Positions 9,056 through 17,789 of a DNA stretch of 56,198 bases are shown piece by piece. The stretch covers positions 1 to 56,198 of the forward strand of contig CAZMUN010000003.1 of assembly GCA_964569815.1 (NCBI GenBank), written 5' to 3'. The position numbers were made by a program, and so were the translations under genes. Each line of letters starts with the position of its first letter. Within the stretch, counting starts at the first letter, position 1. The notes beneath the pieces were generated by a model. It ran no database searches and was not told where the DNA came from. It saw nothing but the letters and a program-made list of their open reading frames with translations. Source of the DNA: an uncultured archaeon (GTDB taxonomy: Archaea > Iainarchaeota > Iainarchaeia > Iainarchaeales > GCA-2688035).

Positions 9056-9090
9056 TTTATTAAATAGGAAACTATTCTATTAATCAAAAA
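9056..9090 (+). promoter_or_regulatory. Promoter block of giant gene 1 (copy 1 of a duplicated upstream element)
   Basis: TTTATTAAATAGGAAACTATTCTATTAATCAAAAA. It shares TTTATTAA and an identical 16-mer, GAAACTATTCTATTAA (9068-9083), with the region upstream of giant gene 2. The 16-mer ends 32 nt before ATG 9116. Confidence 0.5.
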
Positions 9091-9115
9091 TAACCTTAAT
9101 ACAGGATTGAACAAA

Positions 9116-12100
9116 ATGGACCTTGGTCTTGGCAGAAGCCTTTTTGAAAACCTTGTTGAAAAAGCAAAACAAGGCTATTTTTTCTTTGAGGACCGCTACT
9201 ATGGCATCCTTGACAAGATAAACGAGCATGTTCCTGTATACAAAGCAGTTGACCCAATTGACCGCGTTGTTCCCTCTTTTATAGTCTTTATTGCACTCCT
9301 TCTCACAGTTTTCGTTTTTTTTCTTTTACTGGCAATGCCTCAGGCAGCCCTTCTTTCCACGATTCGTGCGGTAAACGAAAGAGGCAACCCTTTGGAAAGC
9401 GTAAAAGTATCTGTCCTTTTGGAAGGCCAAAAGCTTGAACTTGAAACAGATGCCTTTGGCGAAACAGCGCTAAGCCTTCCGACAAGCGAGGTTTCTGCAG
9501 ACGTTGTTCTCTCCAAAGAAGATTTTCTGGAATTGTCAAAAACAGTTACCCTTAAGGCAAACGAGGTAACCGAATTCGTGCTTTCAAAAAGGGCCCTTTC
9601 CCTTCAGCCGAAAACATACTCCATTTACTTGGTTGACAGCGTTTCACAGCAGCTGGTAAAAAGGCCAGCTGAAATAAGGTTTTCCTGCTCAACAGGGGCA
9701 ACCCCCCCTTCAAAGGTTGCAGGCTCAAGCGGCGAATTCAAAAACATTGGGATATCAAGCGTTTGCGGAACCCTGGTTGCAAACATTTCAGCCGAAGGCT
9801 ACGAACCAGTGTCAAGCCATCCAATCAAAAAAGACCCCACCTACGTAAAGCTTGACCCCCTTAACAAAACCACGGAAATAAATGTTTTGGTAAAAGACCA
9901 TCTTGGCTTAGGGGTTGCAGGTTCAAGCGTAAAGCTCTTTGAAGATGACCTGCTGTCGGACCAGCTTGTTACAGACGGAAGCGGTACAGGCCTTTTTGAA
10001 AACGTCGGTCCTGGAACCTATTCCATTACTGCGTCACACTCAGACGGCAGGTATGCAGAAAGAACAGGCATTGTTGTAAGGCCTGGAATGCCACAGTCAA
10101 TCATCCTTAGTTTTGAAGAACTGGTTGAAGGAAGCAAAATATTCATGCATTTGCTTGATGTCTCAACCAAAGGAAATGTTTCAGATGCATCCATTTTCAT
10201 TTATTCAAACGACAAGCTTCTTTATTCAACTTCCAGCGATTTTTACGGCAAGGCTGAGCAGCCAGTAGACGGAAACCTTTCATTCATGGCAGTCATAAGG
10301 CACCCTGATTATTTGACGAAAATAGTTCCAGAGGTATGGGTCTTGGACGCATCCCAGGAAACACCGCAGAGCATTAACATGGCCCGTTCCACTGCAAGCA
10401 ACAACGGAAAGGCTTACGTTAGCGTAACAGACTTTGAGGCCCAGGAGCCGGTGGAAGATGCAACAGTTTTCCTTTTCGATTCCGAATTCCCAAAACTAGT
10501 CTTGAATTACCCTTCCGGCAGCACAAACGCAGACGGAAACCTTTTCATTGAAAACCTTCCGGCCTCAACCTATTTTGCAAAAGCAAAGAAAGGCGACACC
10601 GAAGGGCAAAGCGATGAAAAACAGCTGAGTGAAGGCGGCCTGATTTCCCTGCCTGTTGTGTTGGTTTTATCTGAAGGGGGCGTTGAAGTCACGGTTTTGG
10701 AAAAAAGCACAGGCCTTCCCATAGCTGGCGCAGAAGCAAAAATATTTGACTTTTCAAATGACGAATTGCTTGAATCGGGCCAAACGGATATGGATGGTGT
10801 TTTTGTTTCAAGAAAATTCAAGTCAAACAAAACCGTTTACGTAAAGGCTTCCAAGGAAAGCTACCTGAGTGAAGTAAGCGTGCCTGTCCCAATAATTGGC
10901 AAGGCGACGCAGGAAATCTCAATGCATTTAGCCAGCAAAAGCGACATAGACCCTGAAAAAAATATTGCCCTTTCCCTTGAAGGGGTTTATGAAGACCTTG
11001 AAACAGAAAGGCCTGCCTCAACAATTGAATCAGGGCAGCGCTACTACCTGAAATTTGGAATCGCGCTTCCAAAAGACGCAAACTACTCAAATTTAGGCCA
11101 TCATTTGCGCGTAGGCCCGGAAAGCCAGGCCCAATACCCTGAAACTTTGGGGCACGAGCTTTTCCTTGCAAGGCTTTTGGCAGACCAAAGCAGGGCCTCG
11201 CCCCAAGCCTCAACCATCTTCAGCGCCTGCTACGGCCCCCTGGACCTTTTCTCAAATCCATGTGTTTCAGATTCAGCTTCAAAGCAGGCCAACACACTCT
11301 GGCAGTTCCCTGACCCAGAGTCAAGCTACACCCTGGTCTTAAAGCTTGAAACCGAGCAATTCCTTGACGACGGAACAGAAATAGAGCTTAGATACAAAGG
11401 CAAGGCCGTTGTAGACGGACAGGCCTTTGAAACAGAAGAATTCCTGAAGAAATTCAAAATAGGGGAAACCATCTGCACGCCAAAGGTAGACTGCCCGCCA
11501 ATCGTTTGGCGGTTCTGGCTTCAAGGCCTGGAAGAAGAAAAGCAGCCGATTACAAACTTTGCTGAAGACGAAAAAATAGCCCTTCTTGAAAACACCACTT
11601 ACACGCTTTTCTATGAAGCCAGAAACACAAGCGGCTTTGACCTGACAGCAACTCTCGGCATCTCAAACAAAGGCCCTGAAGGCCCTGTTGAAATAAGCCC
11701 TGGCACAGGCTTTTCAGAAAAGAGCTTTTCAGCAGACACCGTTACAGAAACAGGTTCACCCGCAGCCCTGAAAGCAGTCAAAGAAGCAACCCTTACAAAA
11801 ATAGTTTTCCTGCTTAGCTCAACAAGAGGCATTTCGTCCGAGAAAGAGCTTTTCTTTGCAGTTGAGCCAGCCCAAGAGCTCATACTGGAAGTGGTTCCAA
11901 GCCGGCTCAACCCAGGGGACGCCACACAGGTAATAACCGGAACCGTTAAGGCTCCGGACGGAACCCCTTTGCAGGGAGCAAACGTCAACATTTACCTGCC
12001 TACTTCAGACCCGGGCCAGCCCAGGAGGCTTTTCCAAAGCATTGCCACGGATGAAGAAGGGTTTTTCAAAACCGCTGAAAACTTCAACCTTCGCGCCGGG

Positions 12101-13582
12101 CTTCGCGTCAAAGTCGAAGCAACAGCGCCAAGCTTCAAAAAGAAAACTGTTTCGATTCCGGTAAAAGCAGGAAGCTTCTTTGACCCAAGGTATGAATGCA
12201 TTGAAGTTCCATCCGAAGACGGCGGCATTCCCATATTTGAAGACGTAAGGCCGAATGAAACAAGGGCGTTCGTGGTTGAAAACAACTGTGATTTGGATGC
12301 TGAAATCAGGTTCAACACAAAGCTCAAAACCGAGCCCTCTTCCCTAACCATTGCTGCAGGAGGCAAAGCAAATGTTACGGTTACAGCCCAAGAGCCAGAA
12401 GGCGGAGAAAAGGTTTACCTGGGGCAGTACCCTGTTTTCCTAAAAGCAAAGCTTGCAGGCGATGTCAGATTCGTAAGCGCCTTAAAGGCTATGATGATTA
12501 TCACAGACCCTGACGGAAGCTGCTTCAGCATAAACAAAACCAGCTTCAACCTTGCAGACAGCCCTGAAGACTCCGGCATTATAACAAATTCGTGCGCTGT
12601 AGAATTCAATGACGCCTGGTCTCCAGAGCTAGCCCTGGATTCTTTCAAGGCAATAATTGAAAGAAACGACATTGAAATTCCAGACCTTGTTTATTTCCCC
12701 TGGGGGGTAAAAGCCGACATTGAATCAGGAACGCCTGTAGCTGCTTCCGGCCAGCAGCCAACAAGCGAAGGATGGCTTGAACTCAACATTCCAACAGGCA
12801 CCCAAACCGGGACCACAATAGATGAATACATAACCCTTGACTTCGGCTTCGAAGACCTGAAAAACGCGGATTCACTGCAATTCGAGGCCATAATCCATGA
12901 CCGCAACTGCCTTCCCTCAGAACACTTTAGGGACTCTTACGTTAATTCAAACTCGATAACCATTGCCTCAGGCGGTTCAAAGCAACAGGTAAGCATACCC
13001 TGTTCAGAGCAAAGGTGCACTTGGGAGGAAAGCGGCTGCACTTATAGCGTTGAGCGATGCAAAAGCCTCCACCCCTGCTGGCGGGGAACCTTTGAGGCAA
13101 GCATAAGCCCGGCTGCAGAATCCATAGAAAGCATAACCATTCCTGTTTACAACAAAGACAATGAAGGATTCCTTTTCCTCAACCTTCACGGCGAAATCAT
13201 TAACCAGAACATGCAGTTTGACATAGGCTACGAGCACACACAATTAGAGCTTGGGCCCCAGCCGAATGGAAGATTCAATTCCGCCATTTTTCCGGTAAGA
13301 AACTTTGGCTTTGTTTTAGGGGAAATAAACAAGTCGCTCACAGAAAAGCTTGGAGAAAGCGTCCGCGGAATAATAGATGTCAATTACACGGTCTACAGCG
13401 ACAACCCGGACGTGGAAGTATGGCTGGTTGATGACACAGTGTATGGAAAATATGTAGGCATTGACACAGACGAAAATCCAAGTGAAACGCCTTTCACGAT
13501 AAGAAACCTTTTCCTAAACACAACAGAATACAACTTAATCCTTGTCGACGATTACGTAAACCATTTGAAAGGAGGCTCTTGA
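9116..13582 (+). CDS. Giant membrane-anchored surface protein 1 (1488 aa from ATG 9116): N-terminal cytoplasmic module, one TM helix, CarboxypepD_reg/Ig-like repeats
   Basis: ATG 9116 aligns with the start of the paralogue at 17790. Conserved GYFFFEDRYYGILDKINEHVPVYKAVDPIDRVVPSF is followed by the TM helix FIVFIALLLTVFVFFLLLA. Repeats of the type GSSVKLFEDDLLSDQLVTDGSGTGLFENVGPGTYSITASHSDGRY match the carboxypeptidase-regulatory-like fold pattern. Confidence 0.8.
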   Translation: MDLGLGRSLFENLVEKAKQGYFFFEDRYYGILDKINEHVPVYKAVDPIDRVVPSFIVFIALLLTVFVFFLLLAMPQAALLSTIRAVNERGNPLESVKVSVLLEGQKLELETDAFGETALSLPTSEVSADVVLSKEDFLELSKTVTLKANEVTEFVLSKRALSLQPKTYSIYLVDSVSQQLVKRPAEIRFSCSTGATPPSKVAGSSGEFKNIGISSVCGTLVANISAEGYEPVSSHPIKKDPTYVKLDPLNKTTEINVLVKDHLGLGVAGSSVKLFEDDLLSDQLVTDGSGTGLFENVGPGTYSITASHSDGRYAERTGIVVRPGMPQSIILSFEELVEGSKIFMHLLDVSTKGNVSDASIFIYSNDKLLYSTSSDFYGKAEQPVDGNLSFMAVIRHPDYLTKIVPEVWVLDASQETPQSINMARSTASNNGKAYVSVTDFEAQEPVEDATVFLFDSEFPKLVLNYPSGSTNADGNLFIENLPASTYFAKAKKGDTEGQSDEKQLSEGGLISLPVVLVLSEGGVEVTVLEKSTGLPIAGAEAKIFDFSNDELLESGQTDMDGVFVSRKFKSNKTVYVKASKESYLSEVSVPVPIIGKATQEISMHLASKSDIDPEKNIALSLEGVYEDLETERPASTIESGQRYYLKFGIALPKDANYSNLGHHLRVGPESQAQYPETLGHELFLARLLADQSRASPQASTIFSACYGPLDLFSNPCVSDSASKQANTLWQFPDPESSYTLVLKLETEQFLDDGTEIELRYKGKAVVDGQAFETEEFLKKFKIGETICTPKVDCPPIVWRFWLQGLEEEKQPITNFAEDEKIALLENTTYTLFYEARNTSGFDLTATLGISNKGPEGPVEISPGTGFSEKSFSADTVTETGSPAALKAVKEATLTKIVFLLSSTRGISSEKELFFAVEPAQELILEVVPSRLNPGDATQVITGTVKAPDGTPLQGANVNIYLPTSDPGQPRRLFQSIATDEEGFFKTAENFNLRAGLRVKVEATAPSFKKKTVSIPVKAGSFFDPRYECIEVPSEDGGIPIFEDVRPNETRAFVVENNCDLDAEIRFNTKLKTEPSSLTIAAGGKANVTVTAQEPEGGEKVYLGQYPVFLKAKLAGDVRFVSALKAMMIITDPDGSCFSINKTSFNLADSPEDSGIITNSCAVEFNDAWSPELALDSFKAIIERNDIEIPDLVYFPWGVKADIESGTPVAASGQQPTSEGWLELNIPTGTQTGTTIDEYITLDFGFEDLKNADSLQFEAIIHDRNCLPSEHFRDSYVNSNSITIASGGSKQQVSIPCSEQRCTWEESGCTYSVERCKSLHPCWRGTFEASISPAAESIESITIPVYNKDNEGFLFLNLHGEIINQNMQFDIGYEHTQLELGPQPNGRFNSAIFPVRNFGFVLGEINKSLTEKLGESVRGIIDVNYTVYSDNPDVEVWLVDDTVYGKYVGIDTDENPSETPFTIRNLFLNTTEYNLILVDDYVNHLKGGS

Positions 13583-15334
13583 ATGAAAAAAGTCAACGCA
13601 TTTTTGGTGTTTTTCACACTGGCAATGCTTCCTTTTGCAGCTGCGGAAAGCAACCTTTTCTACAAAGGCAGCCTCTACCTCGGCCTTGAAGACGAAAGCC
13701 TTTCCCAGGGCGAGACCCTGAAAGCAAACGTAACACTGGTAAGCCTGGAAGAATTCCCGATAGCGGAAGCATACCTTGTCTTTGAAGTGGTACAAGGAAA
13801 AGACTATTACTACCCGACACAGCATTCTGATTCAGACAACATTATTTGGGAAGAAAAAGTTTCAGGGCTAAACCTGGCCCCCAACGGAAAAACATCAAGA
13901 GAGTTTTCATTCAATCTGCCAGAAAACCTTAAGCCAGGGGACTACAGGCTTGACGTTTACGCAAAAACAAAAAAGACCCAGATTGTGGGTGCACCACACA
14001 TATTTGCTTCGCCTACATCTGCAAACTTCACTGTAACAGGAAGCCAGGGAAGCTTTCCTGAAGCCAAAATATTGAGGACAAAAACAATGTTCCACCAATT
14101 CTTGGGGCCTGTTGGGCCAGGCATAGGGCCTGGCGAGGAAATTGAAAACGAGGTCTTCCTGCTCAACGAGTCGGGAAAAAGCCTTTCAAATGCGGAACTT
14201 TTTGTAGGCTTGTGCGAATGGGATGACACCGCTTGTGGCAAATGGCTTTCAACAGCCGCCGAAAAACTTTCTCTTAAGGCAGGTGAAGAAAAAAGCCTTA
14301 ACGTAAAACTTGTTGCGCCTGAAATGCCTGACGCATACGCAATAAGAATAGAACTAAGAAACAGCTCTGGAGAGCTTTTATCGCTTTACAGGAACAGAAG
14401 CATAGTCTATGGGCCCACTGCCAAAATACACCAGCTCAACGTCAACGACTACAAGTTTGAAGAAGCCGACGAAATAGAGCTTTCCATGCTTTTGGGGCCA
14501 AGCCCTGACCACTACAAATGGCCTGTCTTTGAAGCCTTTAAAATAAAAGCATGGGTTGAAGACATGACAGACAAAAACAAAGTGCTTGTTTCGGAAGAAA
14601 AAACCATTGAATCAATTTCAGCCCCAGAATTCCCAATGCATTCCTTCAGCTTCCAGGCCCCAAAAGAGCTCACCCTGTTCAAAGTCTGCGGCCTTGTTGA
14701 AAAGCAAAACCAAGAGCACGAAAAATACTGCTATGTGGTTGACGCAAGCAAGTTCCCTGAAAAGGAAGCCGGTGAAGAAATTGAAGTCAAATGGGATTAC
14801 GATTCCGAGGAAAAAGCCCTTAACCTGGCTTTCTCAACACAGCCTCAAGGCTTGGAAATAGATGCCGCTTTCCTCTTAATGGACTTCTCAGCAGGCGTTC
14901 TTGTAGAACACCAGAACCTTAAAGGCAAAAGCCCGCAAAACGCTGTTTTAAGGGTGCCGGCAAAAAACTATTTGCTGCTTTTAAACAACTTTTCCACAGG
15001 CAGGCAAACAAAAATAAGCATTTCCCTTGACTCGGCAGGCCTTGCCCCAACCCTAAGGCCCTGTTCCAAGATGTCAGGCCAAAAATGCACAGAAGAACAG
15101 GTCTGCGACAACCCAGTGCCAAGCTCCGATTCCCCACTATGCTGCCTGACAAAATGCCGCGACCGCATTTCAAACCAGCCAAAACCAAATCCAATGGCTT
15201 TCCTTTACCATTACCTTATTCCTGCAATAGCCGCAATTCTCATTATCGTACTTGTTGCAGCCCTTTTAAACGCAAGGCCCAGAAGAAGAGAAAAAAAAGT
15301 GGTAGGTGAAATAGTTGACAAATACTTCAAGTAA
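13583..15334 (+). CDS. Secreted, C-terminally anchored protein (583 aa) with CARDB-like repeats and a Cys-rich stalk
   Basis: ATG immediately follows the upstream TGA (13580-13582), with GGAGG 7 nt upstream. Signal peptide MKKVNAFLVFFTLAMLPFAAA. Cys-rich stretch CSKMSGQKCTEEQVCDNPVPSSDSPLCCLTKC, then the TM helix LIPAIAAILIIVLVAALL and a basic tail. Confidence 0.7.
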   Translation: MKKVNAFLVFFTLAMLPFAAAESNLFYKGSLYLGLEDESLSQGETLKANVTLVSLEEFPIAEAYLVFEVVQGKDYYYPTQHSDSDNIIWEEKVSGLNLAPNGKTSREFSFNLPENLKPGDYRLDVYAKTKKTQIVGAPHIFASPTSANFTVTGSQGSFPEAKILRTKTMFHQFLGPVGPGIGPGEEIENEVFLLNESGKSLSNAELFVGLCEWDDTACGKWLSTAAEKLSLKAGEEKSLNVKLVAPEMPDAYAIRIELRNSSGELLSLYRNRSIVYGPTAKIHQLNVNDYKFEEADEIELSMLLGPSPDHYKWPVFEAFKIKAWVEDMTDKNKVLVSEEKTIESISAPEFPMHSFSFQAPKELTLFKVCGLVEKQNQEHEKYCYVVDASKFPEKEAGEEIEVKWDYDSEEKALNLAFSTQPQGLEIDAAFLLMDFSAGVLVEHQNLKGKSPQNAVLRVPAKNYLLLLNNFSTGRQTKISISLDSAGLAPTLRPCSKMSGQKCTEEQVCDNPVPSSDSPLCCLTKCRDRISNQPKPNPMAFLYHYLIPAIAAILIIVLVAALLNARPRRREKKVVGEIVDKYFK

Positions 15335-17678
15335 AATCCCTGTTGCGGCAATTACAGCGCTTGCGCTTGTTTTCCTAATCCAAAGCTGCCTTGCACAACA
15401 AATCAACACAGACCCTGGTTCATGCGGCGGATTTGGCGGAGGAGACCACTGCTTTTACAACGCTGACTACGAAACCCTAAGGCAGGACCCAACATCCTTT
15501 ACCTACAGCCTAAGCTTTGACAATCCATTTGCTTCAACCCAAGGAGAAGACGGGAAAACAACTTACATCGTCCCCTTGATGACCACGCTTTCGCTAAGCA
15601 ATTTTTCGACCTATGTAAATGTCTGCATTGACGGCGAGCATTCGACAGGAGTGCATGCAATAGACCTGTTTGTAGACGATGAAAAAGTCGGAGACAACTA
15701 CCGCATTGTCCCAGGCGACAGCTGTTTTGGCGGAGGAAGGTTTTATTCAGGAAACCAAAATCCGGTAGAGTACCTCTTCCAAATTCCAGGCATACACCAT
15801 GTGAAAATTGTTCTTGCAACCAGGAACAACGGAACCTGCGGCGTAATAAGGGAAGAATTCGACGTCATAGTTGTCCAGCCATTGCTTTCAATAAACGGCT
15901 CCTCTTCCCAGCTTGTTTCCTTTGACAAAACCGAAGCCGAAAAAAAGTTTTACATTACGTGGACGGTTTCAAACGTAGGCGGCGTTAGGGCAATAGTTAC
16001 AGGCGCACAAACAACAGGCTGTGAGGCAGCAGGCCTTGAATGCAGCCTGCCGGGCTTTGGCAGAATGGTTGTGGATCCAGGCGAAACACTGCTGATAGTG
16101 GAGGAAGTGAAAGCAACAAGGCCCCCCTCAATGCCTGCTTCAATTCCCCTAAACAAGCTCGGCCTCAAACTGACTTACACAGACGAGTTTGAAGCAAACA
16201 CCCTGCATAAACATTCCCACATTCCTGTTGAAAACGCGCTGCTTTGGAACGAAGAGCAGCGCTTCCACGCGGAGCTCTTCGGCGGCACGCAAAACCATTG
16301 CATTGGCAAAGACGGCCGAATGGGCGGAACAGGCCCTGGCCAAAAGCCCAAAGTCCTGCTCAACTGGGACTGGGACAGAATAGGCTTTGACACCTGCAGC
16401 AAAAAGCAGGAGCAGGGCCTTGATTTCGTGTACTGCGACCCAACACAGTTCAGCATAGCGCTTTTGGAAAGGCTTAATGAAATAAGGGAATACGGAAGCC
16501 AGGGAAAGGTTTCTGACGCAAAAGCCCTTGAAAGCTTCCAGGCCTACCTGATTGGAGACACAATAAACCAGGACTTCAGAAACGACTTCGATTACTATTA
16601 CAGAAACGTTTCGTTCCTAACCCCAACATGGTACTCAAGCCAGGAAAGCCCGTGGTACCTTTACTTCACAGACCCAAACAGGCTTTCATTCCCAAAAGAG
16701 GAAATAACAACAGGGCTTTACGACGTGAAACTGGAATTCGATTTCGAGCAAGACCAGTACGAGTTCTTTTACTCGGAAACAGAGCCAACCGCAACCATAA
16801 AAGTAAGGCTCGCAAAAATCAGGGACCCGCTTACTCCAAACCCTTTCTACTACCTGCCTTTTAACGGCGAAGTTGGCCTAAATGAAGCAAGGGAAATCGA
16901 CAGGCAGGGCTACGGCCTTGGTTTTTCAGGGCCAGAGCTTGCATTAACCTCTTCCGGCGAGGCAATTTCGGCAAAAGGCTCCGGCAAAAAAACCGTTTCC
17001 ACTTCAATTGAAGAGTCTTTTGAAGAAGTAAACATGCTCAACAGGGGCATCGTTCTTTCAGTTTCAAAAGAAGCCGATTCCATAACAATGTCGCCCTCCT
17101 ATGCCACGCCAATAATACTGAAAGCCAATGCTTCAGGCCAGACGGCAGACGCATACTACTCTGTAAGTGACGGGCAAAACATTATTGGTTCGCCTGTCGG
17201 CTATATGGGTCTCTGGACAGGCTTTGCATCCCAGCCAATGGCCTGCGCCAACTTTGACGACACCCCGCTCTATTACAGGATGAATGACAGCAAGGCCTCG
17301 GCAATGCCTGGCATGAGCGAAAACTCTTACGGCTTTAGCTGGGAAGACATTCCTGAGGAAAACCAGGAAGGCGAGGTTTTCATGCAATCCGTGTTTTACG
17401 CGCCATTGCAAAAGGACATGGCTTTAAGAAAGGAAACAGGAATTGACTTGCTTGACCCAAACGGCGGCTCTGACAGCATTTCATTGAATTATTCTTCCAT
17501 GAGCCCGGCCATAGACGCGGTATTCGGCTTGGTTTCTGAGGAAAGGCTCTGCGTGAACTTTGAAGAGAACTCTTTGGACTTCTGGTGGAACGAGCAAAAG
17601 CTTATCGAAGAGCTTGAAACAGTAAAAGAAGCAAACGTTCCAGGGCAAGCAACCTGTTCTGTTGAAGGGCGAACCTAA
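15315..17678 (+). CDS. Secreted protein (787 aa) homologous to the C-terminal module of giant protein 2
   Basis: TTG start 5 nt after AGGTGA, overlapping the upstream gene by 20 nt. Signal peptide IPVAAITALALVFLIQSCLA. Residues from about 320 onward align with the giant-2 C-terminus (KVLLNWDWDRIGFDTC / RVLLDWDWGAITTETC; NPFYYLPFNGEVG / NPFYYLPFNGDVG). Confidence 0.7.
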   Translation: MTNTSSKIPVAAITALALVFLIQSCLAQQINTDPGSCGGFGGGDHCFYNADYETLRQDPTSFTYSLSFDNPFASTQGEDGKTTYIVPLMTTLSLSNFSTYVNVCIDGEHSTGVHAIDLFVDDEKVGDNYRIVPGDSCFGGGRFYSGNQNPVEYLFQIPGIHHVKIVLATRNNGTCGVIREEFDVIVVQPLLSINGSSSQLVSFDKTEAEKKFYITWTVSNVGGVRAIVTGAQTTGCEAAGLECSLPGFGRMVVDPGETLLIVEEVKATRPPSMPASIPLNKLGLKLTYTDEFEANTLHKHSHIPVENALLWNEEQRFHAELFGGTQNHCIGKDGRMGGTGPGQKPKVLLNWDWDRIGFDTCSKKQEQGLDFVYCDPTQFSIALLERLNEIREYGSQGKVSDAKALESFQAYLIGDTINQDFRNDFDYYYRNVSFLTPTWYSSQESPWYLYFTDPNRLSFPKEEITTGLYDVKLEFDFEQDQYEFFYSETEPTATIKVRLAKIRDPLTPNPFYYLPFNGEVGLNEAREIDRQGYGLGFSGPELALTSSGEAISAKGSGKKTVSTSIEESFEEVNMLNRGIVLSVSKEADSITMSPSYATPIILKANASGQTADAYYSVSDGQNIIGSPVGYMGLWTGFASQPMACANFDDTPLYYRMNDSKASAMPGMSENSYGFSWEDIPEENQEGEVFMQSVFYAPLQKDMALRKETGIDLLDPNGGSDSISLNYSSMSPAIDAVFGLVSEERLCVNFEENSLDFWWNEQKLIEELETVKEANVPGQATCSVEGRT

Positions 17679-17723
17679 CCAAAAAGAAGCCTTTTCAAGC
17701 ATCCAAGAAACACCTGCGCAAGC

Positions 17724-17760
17724 TTTATTAATAAAGAAACTATTCTATTAAATGAAAAAA
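17724..17760 (+). promoter_or_regulatory. Promoter block of giant gene 2 (copy 2)
   Basis: TTTATTAATAAAGAAACTATTCTATTAAATGAAAAAA. The identical 16-mer lies at 17736-17751 and ends 38 nt before ATG 17790. Confidence 0.5.
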
Positions 17761-17789
17761 AAACACTTAGTCTAAAAAAGGGTATTTGC

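Noticed and set aside
9022-9114. Longer N-terminal versions of the radical SAM gene (to 9114) and of giant gene 1 (TTG 9107), which would overlap head-to-head
   Set aside because: The overlap would bury both promoters and the conserved 16-mer inside coding sequence. Paralogue alignment supports ATG 9116. The GTG 9021 start gives a canonical radical SAM N-terminus. The alternatives remain possible.
15315-15400. Possible lipobox (LIQSC) in the signal peptide of the 787-aa protein
   Set aside because: It only weakly resembles L-[AS]-[GA]-C. An ordinary Sec cleavage after SCLA is equally likely, so lipoprotein status is not claimed.
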